Source of the DNA: Basidiobolus meristosporus CBS 931.73
Taxonomy: Eukaryota > Fungi > Basidiobolomycota
NCBI GenBank assembly: GCA_002104905.1
Contig: MCFE01000147.1
Location: forward strand, 1 to 64,000
Length of the DNA stretch: 64,000 bases
Reading direction: 5' to 3'
The notes under the pieces were generated by a model, which had not been told where the DNA came from, ran no database searches, and worked only from the letters and a program-made list of their open reading frames with translations. Below, piece by piece: positions 34,872-47,119 of the stretch. How positions within the stretch are numbered: position 1 is the stretch's first letter; each line of letters opens with the position of its first letter. The translations under genes and the position numbers were made by a program.

Positions 34872-35547
34872 TGTTGTATCCAAGAGAAAAGTGTAATAAA
34901 ACTCTTGAATGGTTGAACTGAACCTAAGTGATAACTAAGTGCAGAATCTTAGAATTGTCAGTGAGTGGCAGAAATATTAGCAGAGGAATTCTGGTCTAAT
35001 ATTGGTCTTGTATATAGCTGGGTATGGCTATAAAGGCAACAGAGTTGGTTCTCTAGGCAGGATAGGCTTGGTGTTCTTGGGTGTGCTAGGTATGCTAGGC
35101 ATGGGCAGAAACTAGAACACAATTGTTGAGTCCTTAATTTTGTTGAGATGCACACAAACCAAAAGGTTCAGTAAGCTTTATTTATACTCTTTTGATCAAG
35201 TTGAATTAGTAAGTGCCAAGAGACAGGACTAATTGGAATCTGTTGGGGTGTTAATAGGTGCATAAGATAAATGAAAGTTGTATTATTAATCAGCTGATGT
35301 TTTGGCAACTGCTGCGTTGTTGAATAGATCTGAGATGACTAATCACCTGGGAAGGCTTGGTATATAAGTTTATAATCTAATGGTCACATGAGAATTGATA
35401 AGGTGTGACAGCTAATGATAGATTCTGAGATGAGATAAAATAAACCATAACTGGGATTAGTTATGTTTGGGTTAGGGAAAATCAGATAGGGTACTAGATT
35501 TTATAACAGAGTAAAATTAGCTAAGTTTTAAATGTTACTGCACAACA
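34872..35547. mobile_element. 676-bp solo LTR of an unrelated family inserted in the Copia-A LTR
   Basis: TGTTG...CAACA ends; 5-bp TSD cccag (34867-34871)/tccag (35548-35552); interrupts contiguous Copia-A LTR sequence. Confidence 0.72.
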
Positions 35548-35560
35548 TCCAGGCATGTAG

Positions 35561-35909
35561 TGTTGTAAAAATTTGTATTTCCACCTAAATATTCACCTAA
35601 CTTAGTCACTTAGATCATTACCTTCAAATCCTAGAGAATACTGACCAAATTCCTTGTTGGGATTTACTTAGAATATTTTCACCAAAATACCAGGTACCCA
35701 GAACATGAAAATTCTCAAAGTTGTCCAAACAGCCCCAAACTTTGCACACATGTTCTTGGGACCTTCCTTAACCTATTCTACGTGTTTGTAATGCCAAGAC
35801 CAGGTAAAAATATAAATATTACTTTTACATTCAATAAATCATTAAGTGAAAACCACATAATCTACTTGTTCTCCCAATCACTTCCAATATCTCCAAGACT
35901 CTTACAACA
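35561..35909 (+). mobile_element. Copia-A solo LTR inserted inside an older Copia-A LTR
   Basis: Full 349-bp TGTTG...CAACA LTR; near-TSD tgtag/tgaag; the host LTR resumes at 35910. Confidence 0.85.
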
Positions 35910-37183
35910 TGAAGTTCCTCAAGTTGTCCAAGCAGCCCCAGACCTTGCATATATACTCTTGGGACCTTCCTTAGCATAGAATGCATGAATCTTTTTGCCA
36001 AGCTCATGTAAAAGCTTAAATACTAACTTTACATTCAACAACTCATTAAGCAAAAGCCATGTCTTCCACTTGTTCTCCCAATCACTTCCACTACTACCAA
36101 GATTCTTGGAACAGGCTGTGTGCCCCAAGCTGCTCCACTCTGGAATGTCCAACACTGCTATCACTGGAATCCCCCCCTTCTGCTGAAAAGTTGGAAGGAT
36201 CTAACTATCAAGTGTGGCAGGTGAAGATGAAGAATCTCCTGCATGAAAGAGGCCTATGGGACATTGTCACTGAAGAAGAATATCCTCCTAAAGGTACAGG
36301 GAAGAAGCCCTAAAGTACCAGAAGAAATAACTAAGTGCCTCTAACTACATTTGCCTTAATGTCAAAGACAAACTGATAACTCAATGATCAAGAGCAAAAA
36401 TGGCAAAGAGTACTTGGAATGCTTTAGAAGTCACTTGTAGGTCATGCTCAGCTGCTCAGAAGATGTATATTATATGGAATACACTTTACTATCAACATGC
36501 TGCCAGGAGAAAAAAATGAAAGATCTTACTAATAGAATTACCCTGTTGGTTGATGCAATGGAAACAGTGGGTGTACCAACTACTGGTAAATATGTGATAG
36601 TAATTCTCCTGAATAGCCTGAAAGACAAGTCTCAGGGCCTTGTTTCAGCCCCGGAGTCCAGAGCTGAAGATTTGGTCATGTGTATGGTAGGCTCCTGGGT
36701 TCAGAATCAAGAAAATCAAGCATCAATCAAAAGGAAGAAGACACCTCTTTAATAAGCAATAATAGAGAACAAAGGAGGTACTTAGACCCTCAAAAGGTAA
36801 CTGTAACCTGTCTTGCAGTTATAGCAAAAGGAAAGGACACATATCAGACTGGTACTTCAAAAAGCGAGTTAACCAGCAGAAAAAGCCTGAATATGGAAAT
36901 ACTACAACAACTGAAGATATACTATTGATATATGCACTAAACATGACCACAAATAAGGATTCTCAGTTGTTGTATATTGACTCAGGAGCATCTCAACACT
37001 TTACACACCAAAAAAAACTCTTTACCCAACATCAAAAAATTCACCTAAGAAGGTGTTCATGGGCAACAGTAGAATACCTGATGCAGTTGGAGAAGGAACT
37101 ATCCAAGTTAATAGCAGAAATAGTGAAGAAAGCCACACACTGACCTTCTAAGAAGTACTCTATGTACCTGAAATAATCAGAAG

Positions 37184-38600
37184 GTTTTACCCAAACAAAA
37201 GGCCCTAATAAGGTGTGTGGACTTGGAAAATTGTGGTATGGGCTTAAGCAGGCACCTAAAACATTGTATAACAAGATTGTCACATATCTACAGGAGACTG
37301 GATTCATTTGTAGCACTACAGATCAAATATATAAATGAATCAGCTTAAGAGGGAAATGATTATACTGGCATTTTATATGGAAAACCTAATAATAGCTACA
37401 AGGGAACATGAGGTACTTAACCAGACAAAATCTGACCTTGTGAGCAAGTTGGATATGAAAGATCATGGAAAATTGAGCTATTTTCTTAAAAGTAAAGACA
37501 TATTTGACATATTTATGCCAAATATTTTGCTAAATCAGTCTAGGTACATCAGGGACAATCTTAGATGCCTCAAATGGAAATTGGCAGCCTGCAGCAGCAC
37601 TCATGGATGATAACTAAATTTTGAGCATATCTAAGTATGTTTTGAATCTAAACTGCTCAAGTATAGACCAATACTCTCCCTATCAGTTAATAGTTGGTAG
37701 CCTGAGTTATCTTATGATATCTACATGTCCATATACTGCAGTAGCAATGGCAGTAAACAGTCAATTCTTGCAGAAATATGGATCTGATCAAATTACAGCA
37801 GTTAAGTTAATTCTCAGATTTCTGCAATGTGCCAAACATATGGTTCTGGAAGAGTACAGAGTAGCTCATAAGTGAAACGTTAATGGCTATAGTGACTCAA
37901 ATTGGGTAGGGATCTGATTGATATATTTCTCTCCTGCAGGTTATGTAATTATATATGCTGGTGCAGCTGTTACTTCAAATTGTAAGAAACCACCAACTGT
38001 GGCACTCTCCACAACTGAGGCAGAGCACATAACTGCCAATAATGCAACTAAGGAGGCTATATGGCTACACAAATAGCTGAAGACTGAGGGCTTTCAGATA
38101 AAAAAACTTGTATTCAGAAAGATAACCAAAGTTGTATTTCATTAGCTAGAAATTCTATTAATCATGCAAGAGCTAAGCACATAGATAAACAACACCACTT
38201 TGGGAGGTAAGCTGTAGAGAATGACTAAGTAAAGTTTGTTAACTGCACAACTACCAAATGGTGGCAGATATACCAGCAAAACCACCAGCCAGGCCAAAGT
38301 TTGAAAATATTACTATGAGATTGGGATTATGATATTATTTAGTTGAGGGGGAGTGTTGAAATATTGGACTATTTGGTATCATTCTATAACTAAGTATTTA
38401 ACAGCTGTAGACTAGTCTTAATCACTGTAGAACTTATTTACAGCCCCAACTATGTCACCTTTTTTCAGATTTATGATCATATGACTATCCCCCTATAGTC
38501 AAGATCAAATTAGCACTTTTACTTGATGAGAAACAATTGTGATGATCCTGCCAAAAGGCTGTCACAGAGTTAAAGCCATATGACTAAGAGGTATTGATCT
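37184..38600 (+). mobile_element. Copia family B 3' portion (RT/RNase H remnants, PPT GAGGGGGAG at 38345-38353, LTR from 38354); LTR end approximate
   Basis: LWYGLKQAP, PTVALSTTEAE, HARAKHID remnants. PPT/LTR start tgttgaaatattggacta is shared with minus-strand copies at ~52827 and ~63652. Confidence 0.75.
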
Positions 38601-39960
38601 AGTTGGGACACCTTGCAAAGACTATTGAAAAATAATTGCACTCCATATTTCAAAAAAAATGTAGTCAAAATTTTTCATTACAAAAGTACATGGTAGCATT
38701 TGATTGGTCCACTGCCAATTCTCTCACTTTCTGATCCTGGACACTCATTCACCTCCTATGTTTGTGTACATTGATTAGCTATCACCACTTCTTCACACTC
38801 CTTACTTCCTGACTTAACCAATTCTCTAACTCTTCAGGCATACAAATTGATTTATATCTGTTGAAACTTCAGTTGTACCTCAATTGCCAATTGTATTGGC
38901 CTACACAGGTCTCTATACCCAACACTAACATTAAGCCCAACCCCACACCCAATAAGTAATACCATATAAATACACCATTCAATAAGTATTTCTGATATAA
39001 AGCCCATTTTCCATGACTTTGGCAAGAACCTTGTGGCTTTGTGCCACTGTTCATTCACTGGTTCCCATATTTCCTGGTCTTCAGCCAGCACTGCAAGGGC
39101 TAGCACCTCATCTGCCAGTCTTTGCAATATTCAAGTGCATTTTCTTGAGCACTGCTCATGAAGATGTGCTGCAACCTCTTGGTGTGCCTGTTAGTGTCCC
39201 AAAATTCCACTCTAGGCATTGTGAAGGTCTTTTGAGTTGTTGACACTGTTGCTTTGTCTGTTGTTGGGATCTCCACTCTTTCTTCAATTGAGGATGTGGG
39301 GGTAGTGGTAGATCAATTGCTTTTCTCTGCAAACTCATCTACCTCATAGGAGTGTAGCTCAGCTGGTTGCACTTCAAACTCTTATGAAAACAGCTATTGT
39401 CTTATTGGTAGTTCTTCTTTGACATTGTGAGATTTAGCCTGTTCTGGGCTTTTGGCATTAGCTGGCAAGAGCTGCAGATTTTTTCTTTTTCATTCATATA
39501 GGCGCATTGTCTCCCCTATGAAAAATAATTTGGTCCTGCAGGTGGATCCAATCCAGATCAACCGTCAAGATCCGATTTAGAGACCGCCATAATAACAGCA
39601 GCTTGGAGTTAGTGACCCTTCTAACAATTTTATGCCAAGATCATGATGGTGTTTTGCTAATTTTACAACCAAATAATGGGATAAAACTTGACAATATTTT
39701 ATTGGTGCTGTTACAATATTTGCATGGTATTGTTGCTGCCTTTCAGCGCTCTATAACAATTTTAAGTGGATCCAGTTGGCCAGGACATCCAATTGCCTTA
39801 TATGGCAAGAAACTTGACGGTATTTTGATGGCCTCACAGCAAGACTCTGATAGCATTATATTTGCAGTATGATGGCCTACCACTGGTTCTGTATAATGCT
39901 ACCATGCCAATTTACCAAATGGTATTTCCTTTTTCTACCTCCCCTTGTGCAATTCATATA

Positions 39961-42900
39961 TGCTGTAAAAACTTGTAATTCCACCTAAATATTCACCTAA
40001 GTTAGTCACTTAGATCATTACCCTCAAATCCTAGAGAATACTGACCAAATTCCTTGTCAGGATTTACTTAGAATATCTTCACCAAAATACCAGGTACCCA
40101 GAACATGAAAATTCTCAAAGTTGTCCAAACTGCCCCAAAATTTGCACACATGCTCTTGAGACCTTCCTTAGTCTATTTTACATGTTTGTGATGCCAAGAC
40201 CAGGTAAAAGCATAAATATTACTTTTACATTCAATAAATCATTAAGTGAAAACCACATAATCTACTTGTTCTCCAAATCACTTCCAATATCTCCAAGACT
40301 CTTACAACAGGTTATGACCCCCAAGCTGTCACTCTCTGCAATGTCCACTACTGCTATTACTGGAATTCTTCCCTCTGCTGAAAAGTTGGATGGATCTAAC
40401 TACCAAGTGTGTGTTGTAAGAGTCTTGGAGATATTGGAAGTGATTGGGAGAACAAGTAGATTATGTGGTTTTCACTTAATGATTTATTGAATGTAAAAGT
40501 AGTATTTATACTTTTACATGGTCTTGGCATTACAAACACGTAGAATAGGTTAAGGAAGGTCCCAAGAACATGTGTGCAAAGTTTGGGGCTGTTTGGACAA
40601 CTTTGAGAATTTTCATGTTCTGGGTACCTGGTATTTTGGTGAAAATATTCTAAGTAAATCCCGACAAGGAATTTGGTCAGTATTCTCTAGGATTGGAAGG
40701 TGATGATCTAAGTGACTAAGTTAGGTGAATATTTAGGTGGAAAATACGAATTTTTACAACAGTGTGGAAGGTGAAAATGAAGATGCTGCTACAAGAAAGA
40801 GGCCTTTGGGATATTGTCATGGGAGAAGAATGTCCTCCTAAAAACATGGGAGAGGAAGCCTTGAAGTACCAGAAGAAAGAACAAAGTGCCTTTAACTGCA
40901 TTTGCCTTAATGTTAAAGACAAATTGCTAATTCAATGCTCAAGAGCAAAAACAGCAAAGAATGCCTGGAAGGCATTAGAAGACACCTACCAGTCATGTTC
41001 AGCTGCTAAGAAAATGTATCTGAGACAAAAATTCCTTACTACAAAGATGCTGCCAGGGGAAGATATGAAAAATCCAATTAACAGAATTACCCTGCTGGTA
41101 GATGAGATGGAATCTGTGGGCGTACCAACTACTGATGAGGATGTGATAGTTACCATCCTGAATAGCCTAACTGACAAGTTTCAGGGCCTTGTATCAGCCC
41201 TAGAGTCCAGAACTGAAGACTTGACCTGAAATTACATATATGGAAGGCTCCTGGATGAAGAATTAAGAAAATCAAGCGTCAACAAGAAGGAAGAAGAAAA
41301 TGCTTTAATAAGCAATGATAACCAACAAAGGAGGTACCCAAGACCCTACAAAGACAACAGCAACCTATTTTGCAACTACTGCAAAAGGAAAGGACACACA
41401 TCAGACCGGTGTCTCTAAAGGAGAGATTATCAGCAAAAGAAGCCTGAATATGGAAATGCTGCAACAACTGAAGATAGACTATTTATATCTGCACCAAATA
41501 TAACCACAAAAAGGATTCTCAGACGTGGTATATTGACTCTGGAGCTTCTCAACTCTTTATACATCAAAAAGAACTTTTTACCCAATATCAAGAAATTCCA
41601 ATTACAAAGGTTTTTATGGGTGACAATAGAACACTTGATGCAGTGGGAGAAGGTACTATCCAAGTAAACCTTAGAAGCAGTCAAGGAAGCCATACACTGG
41701 CCTTTAAAGAAGTACTCTATATATCAGAAATAGTTAAGAACCTACTCTCTGTAAGCAAGGCCACAGCAGAAGGACTCCTTTTCAGTTTTGACAATTCTGG
41801 ATGCAGGATCACTGATCAAAATGGTGCTCATATTGCTTTGGGCATCAGAGATCAGAATCTATACAAGTTGACTTATATTCCATCATATTTGGAAGCCAAT
41901 ATAAGTAACTTAAATGAAGAAACACCAATGCTTTGGCACAGGAGATTTGGGCACATCAATTTTGATTATTTGCGCAAAATGATCAAAGATCAGCTAATTT
42001 CTGAAGTAAAAATTGATCCCCCAGCTAATGTGGAGCACTGTGAAGCCTGCTTATATGAGAAACAAGCCAGACAACCGTTCAAGAGCTCTGGGTTAGCCAA
42101 AACCAAGAAAAAATTAGATCTAATTCACTCAGATCTGTGTGGACCTATGCAAAATTTATCCTTAGGTGGGATGAGTATTTAATCACTTTTATTGATGATT
42201 ATACAAGATACGCATGGTTCTACCTCATGGAGTGAAAGGAAGCAGTTCTGTCTAAGTTCAGGGAGTTCAAAGCCATGGTGGAGAGAGAAACTGGTCAAAA
42301 AATCAAGAAAACATGCTCTAACAATGGTGGAGAATATACCGCAAAATTCTTCATCCACTTCTACAAATTTCATGGGATAAAGCAAGAGACTACTGTACCA
42401 TACTTCCCACAGCAAAATGGAGTAGCAGAACATGCTAACGGAGCAATAATTGATACGGCAAGATCTATGATCCATGATCAAAAATTATCCTGAGATTTTT
42501 AGACAGAATTAGTTGCCACTCTTGTGCGCCTTAAAAATAGGAGTTAAAGCAGAATACTTCGTGATTCTACTACATTTGAAGCATGGCATGGATACAGACC
42601 AAGTGCAGAACATCTAAGAATATTTGGGTGTACAGCATATGCCAAAAAACTGGCCAGAAATCAGTCAAAATTTGAGCCAAAAAGTGTAAAATGCATATTG
42701 TTGGGCTATTGCAATGAGAGTAAGGCATACAGACTCTACAATTCCAAAGCAAAGAAGCTGATAAAGTCCAGGGATGTGTTGTTTGATGAAAATGCAAAAT
42801 TTTCACAAAAAATGACATCACATGATGACAAAAATCTGATCTCAAATCACCAATTGTCAGGATTGAATCAGAGCAAAACAATGAAAATCTTTTCACTCTA

Positions 42901-44996
42901 GAGGACTCTACAACCGTGGTTCAGCCAGAATCAGTGCCCAGGAATATCCCAGAAGTGATCATTCCAGTATCAAATGCCCAGAGATCCAATTGGACAAGAA
43001 ACAGCCCAAATTACTATATCAATGAGGGTACAAACTTAGCCTATGCCTATTCAGTCCATATTGATGAGCCCCAGACTGTAAAAGAGGCCCTAAATAGCCC
43101 TCAGACAAAGCTTTAGAGATCTGCAATGACTGAAGAATATCAGGCCCTGATGGAAAATCAAACTTGGGACTTAGTCTAATTACCATTCAACCAAGAATCA
43201 ATTGGATGCAGAATGGTCTTCAAGACAAAATACAAGGCTGATGGTACAATTGAAAGATACAAAGCAAGACCTGTAGCCAAAGGATACTCTCAAACAAAAG
43301 AACTTGACTATACTGATACCTTTGCACCGGTAGCCAAGTTTAATTCCATCAGATTAATATTGGCTATTGCAGCCCAATATAAGTTTTTTATTCATCAAAT
43401 GGATGTAAGAACTGCATTTTTGAATGGAGAACTTGATGAGGGCGCGTATATGGACCGGCATAATGGGTTTGTTGAAAAAGATAACCCCCATTTGCTCTGC
43501 AAGCTTAAAAGTCACTATATGGTCTCAAACAATCACCAAGAGCCTGGAATTGCAAGATAGATTCTTATTTGGAATCTTTGAGTTTCAAAAGGAGTAATGC
43601 TGACCATAGTATATACTATAAGCCAGATAGAGCAAATTCAGTTCTATTAGCTCTATATGTGGATGATCTTATTATAGCCACCAATGACCTATAAACATTG
43701 GAAGAGACTAAATCCAGCCTATTTAAGGAGTTCAAGATGTCCAATCTAGGAGAACTTAATTACTACTTAGGGATTAAGTTCTCCATAGACAGAAGTACCC
43801 AGACTATCACCCTAAGCCAATCCAAGTATATTCAAGATGTACTAAAGAAGTACAAAATGGAAGACTGTAAACCAGCAGCTACCCCAATGGAGACAAACCT
43901 TAACTTGGTCAAAACTCAACCAAATCAAGAGAGCTTGGTGCCATCTGAAAACTTTGACTCTCCTTATCAATCTATGGTCGGCAGTCTGATGTATATTATG
44001 CTTGGAACACGTCCAGATATCTCATATTCAGTGGGAGTTGTCAGCCAACATAATCAGAACTATGGATCTGATCATATTGCAGCAGTTAAGCAGATTTTTA
44101 GATACCTAAAAGGAACTGCTGATATCTGCTTAAGATACACTTATAAGGATTCAGAACAGGATCTTGTGGGATACTCTGATGCTGATTGGGGACAAAATTT
44201 AGAAGACAGAAGATCCACCAGAGGATACACCTTTCTTTACTGTAAAGGAGCAATTTCATGGAATTCAAGAAAGCAACCAACTGTAGCACTTTCTACCACA
44301 AAGGCAGAGTACATGGCAGCCTGTGAAGCTACAAAAGTAGCAATGTGGTTAAGAAAGCCTTTTACAGACTTGGGCCTATGTCAAAAAACGCCTATTACTT
44401 TATTTTAAGATAATCAAGGATGTATACAATTAGGTGGAAATCCAACTTTTCATGCTAGAACCAAACACATAGAAATTAGACATCATTTCATACGTGAAGC
44501 TATAGTGAATAACTTAGTTTGCTTAGTTTACTGTCCTACAGATGAAATGATTGCAGACATATTCACCAGAGCATTAGCTAGGAACAAGTTTGAATAACTT
44601 AGGTCAAAATTAGGACTAGTCAGTATGAACATATAGCTGAGTGGGAGTGTTGTAAAAGTTTGTAGTTACACCTAAACATTCACCTAACTTAGTCACTTAG
44701 ATCATTACCCTCATATCCTAGAGAATACTGACCAAATTCCTTGTTGGGATTTACTTAGAATATTTTCACCAAAATACCAGGCACCCAGAACATGAAAATT
44801 CTCAAAGTTGTCCAAACTGCCCCAGACTTTGCACACATGCTCTTGGGACCTTTCTTAGCCTATTCTACATGTTTGTAATGCCAAGACCAGGTAAAAGTAT
44901 AAATACTACTTTTACATTCAATAAATCATCAAGTGAAAACCACATAATCTACTTGTTCTCTAAATCACTTCCAATAAATCCAAGACTCTTACAACA
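39961..44996 (+). mobile_element. Full-length but defective Ty1/Copia retrotransposon (family A)
   Basis: 349-bp LTRs 39961-40309 and 44648-44996; PBS ggttatgacccc; gag with CNYCKRKGHTSDRC knuckle; WYIDSGAS protease; LWHRRFGH; LIHSDLCGPM integrase; YVDDL RT; GYSDADWG RNase H; PPT gagtgggag; TSD atata/atatg. Many stops and frameshifts. Confidence 0.96.
40412..40761 (-). mobile_element. Inverted Copia-A solo LTR inserted in the gag of the same family
   Basis: Perfect TSD GTGTG (40407-40411/40762-40766). Removing it restores KLDGSNYQVWKVKMKMLLQERGLWDIV. Confidence 0.95.
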
Positions 44997-47119
44997 ATAT
45001 GTTCCACTGTAAAATTACCTTTCTATATTTGCTTACCAACTACTACCTTGGGTTTCCCACATATAGTTTGAATCAAAAAAACTATGGCCTCCTGCTTACT
45101 AACCTTTACAGCACGCACACCTGCCGCAATTGACATAGCTCTATCACCTCACTTTATAGCTTTTTAGTGTGATACTTGCAAAGCTGCCATATACCTTGTA
45201 CGACTGGTGACATATACATCTTGCAAATGTATACTTAGTTGTTGCCACTTCTGCCATGAATACCTCCTGAATATCTGCAAAGAACTTCTCAATATTTAGC
45301 CAATATATTCCTTCTGCCTGCTGGATTCTAGTCCCCCTTATAGGTGCACTCTGGCTTTTGTTTGTGTGAATTCCCTATTGAATGGTGTAGAAGTTGGCTT
45401 GTGACTACAAGAAATCTGGCATATCTTGGTGGGGTTTTCCTGATAAAAAATAGTTGCTTGTTGCGCCTAACCAAACCTTGCATTACTTAACTGATTACCC
45501 ACACATTGGGGCTGCTTAGCTTCTTAATGCCATAGGCATAGGTGTCTCCATGTGCACATTTGTCCTCAGTATTTTCCAACTCTTTCTGGCTGTCCTCCAT
45601 GTGCCAACTCATCACATCCATGATGGACTTGAAGGTAATATTCATGATGAGATTAGGATATGGTAGTAACTACAACTTGACCTGACTTCCTATCTCCCCA
45701 CACATCTGCTCCATAGGAAACTCCCAAAAGGTGAAGCAAGGCCCAATGTTTGCCACACACTGTGCAAGATGGAGTAGAGAGTGGATACAGTAGCAGCGGA
45801 GATCTATGCGTTCAGCTTTATGTTTGTAGTATAGCCACTCAAATCCCAATACAAACTCCTTACACAACAGCTGTAGATGCATCAGGTTGGCATTGGTGAT
45901 CTGCTTCTGGATAAATATTCCTACAATGTCCACATATGACTCCAAATGCTTCAAATGTACTCTTGGTAGAATTGGCTTCAGAACACCACTTAAATAAATA
46001 CATATCCAGTTCATCCAGTCTTTGCATTTGTATTGTTACATATGCATATGAATATTAATTGGAGCCTGTGAGAAGTACTTAAGGTAGCGGATACTCTGTG
46101 AAATCTTGCTGACTCTTTCAAATTTCTCCGGTATCTTGAAGGGCTCATTTAGCTTGAAATGCCCCATGTACAATTTGGTCATCAGTATAGGGATATTGTT
46201 GAAAAGCAAATGCATTGCTCCCGGTGGAAAGCTTTTGCTTCAATAGATACACTCTATCTTAAGTATCTACAGTTTCCAATTGATTCCATATTCCAGCCAA
46301 TGGCTTATAGCTTGCCAACTTTGCTGCAATTGCATACTTACTTTGGTACATTCTCCCTGTGGAAAGATGATGTTGTTAGTGCTGGTGTATGGGTAATAAT
46401 AATGTGTGTGGGTTATGGAGTGAATCCCCTGGATCTCACACATTTGGCAGCAATACCATTCATTGTACCTGGAAAAACCTGCTATCATGCTGATGGCTGG
46501 GGTATCTCCAATGCAGATATTAATAGGTGCTATGGAGGTGTTTAAGTCCAAAGGGCAAAATACAGCCAACACTTCTCAAGTGTGAGTGTGTGTGGGGTGT
46601 TCACTGGGTGCAATAACCTCTGGCAAAAGCTTGCTAGGAATACTGGGTCTTTGGTCTAATCTAATGTGAAAGGGGATAAAGCCTCAAGCTTGTCAAGGGA
46701 AAACTATTGAACTACAATCCCCAACTTAGTTGACATCTTAACAAAAGTTTATAATGGCTTTGATGTCCTTTGATATGACAATGTACTAAAGCTTCCAAAG
46801 TCAAAACAACTGTAAACTCCACCAACAGAGACTTGATAAAAATGCAGCTTTGACCAATAGTTACAAAGACTGAAAAGTATCTTTGCCTGTACAAGAACAA
46901 ACTTGGGAAAACAATCAAATATAATAAAATATACCTACTCTGAGTATTCCTCACAAGTAGTGCCTCCAAGGTCAGTTGGCGGTCAGAATGGTTTCCTGGG
47001 AGTATTGTCAGGTCTGAGTCAGAAAGTAGTGGTAATAGGTAGCGGTGATCTCACTAATCAATAAGTTGGAATATTGGAAGAGGGATGATTTATTTTAAGG
47101 GATAGCAGAAATCATGCAA

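Larger units (their letters stand above)
34731..37183 (+). mobile_element. Older Copia-A element: 5' LTR (34731-36113, interrupted twice), degenerate PBS, gag and protease remnants
   Basis: LTR pieces 34731-34871, 35548-35560 and 35910-36113, then ggctgtgtgcccc (PBS-like), KLEGSNYQVWQVKMKNLLHERGLWDIV and YIDSGAS. Homologous to 40310-41750. Confidence 0.8.
39514..46525 (-). mobile_element. CACTA copy 2 (5'-truncated), split by the Copia-A element; parts 39514-39960 and 44997-46525
   Basis: Reverse complement matches ~2325-4294, including the FWEFPMEQMCG and GDTPAIS motifs. The terminus reads CCCTATGAAAAA at 39514. Confidence 0.88.
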
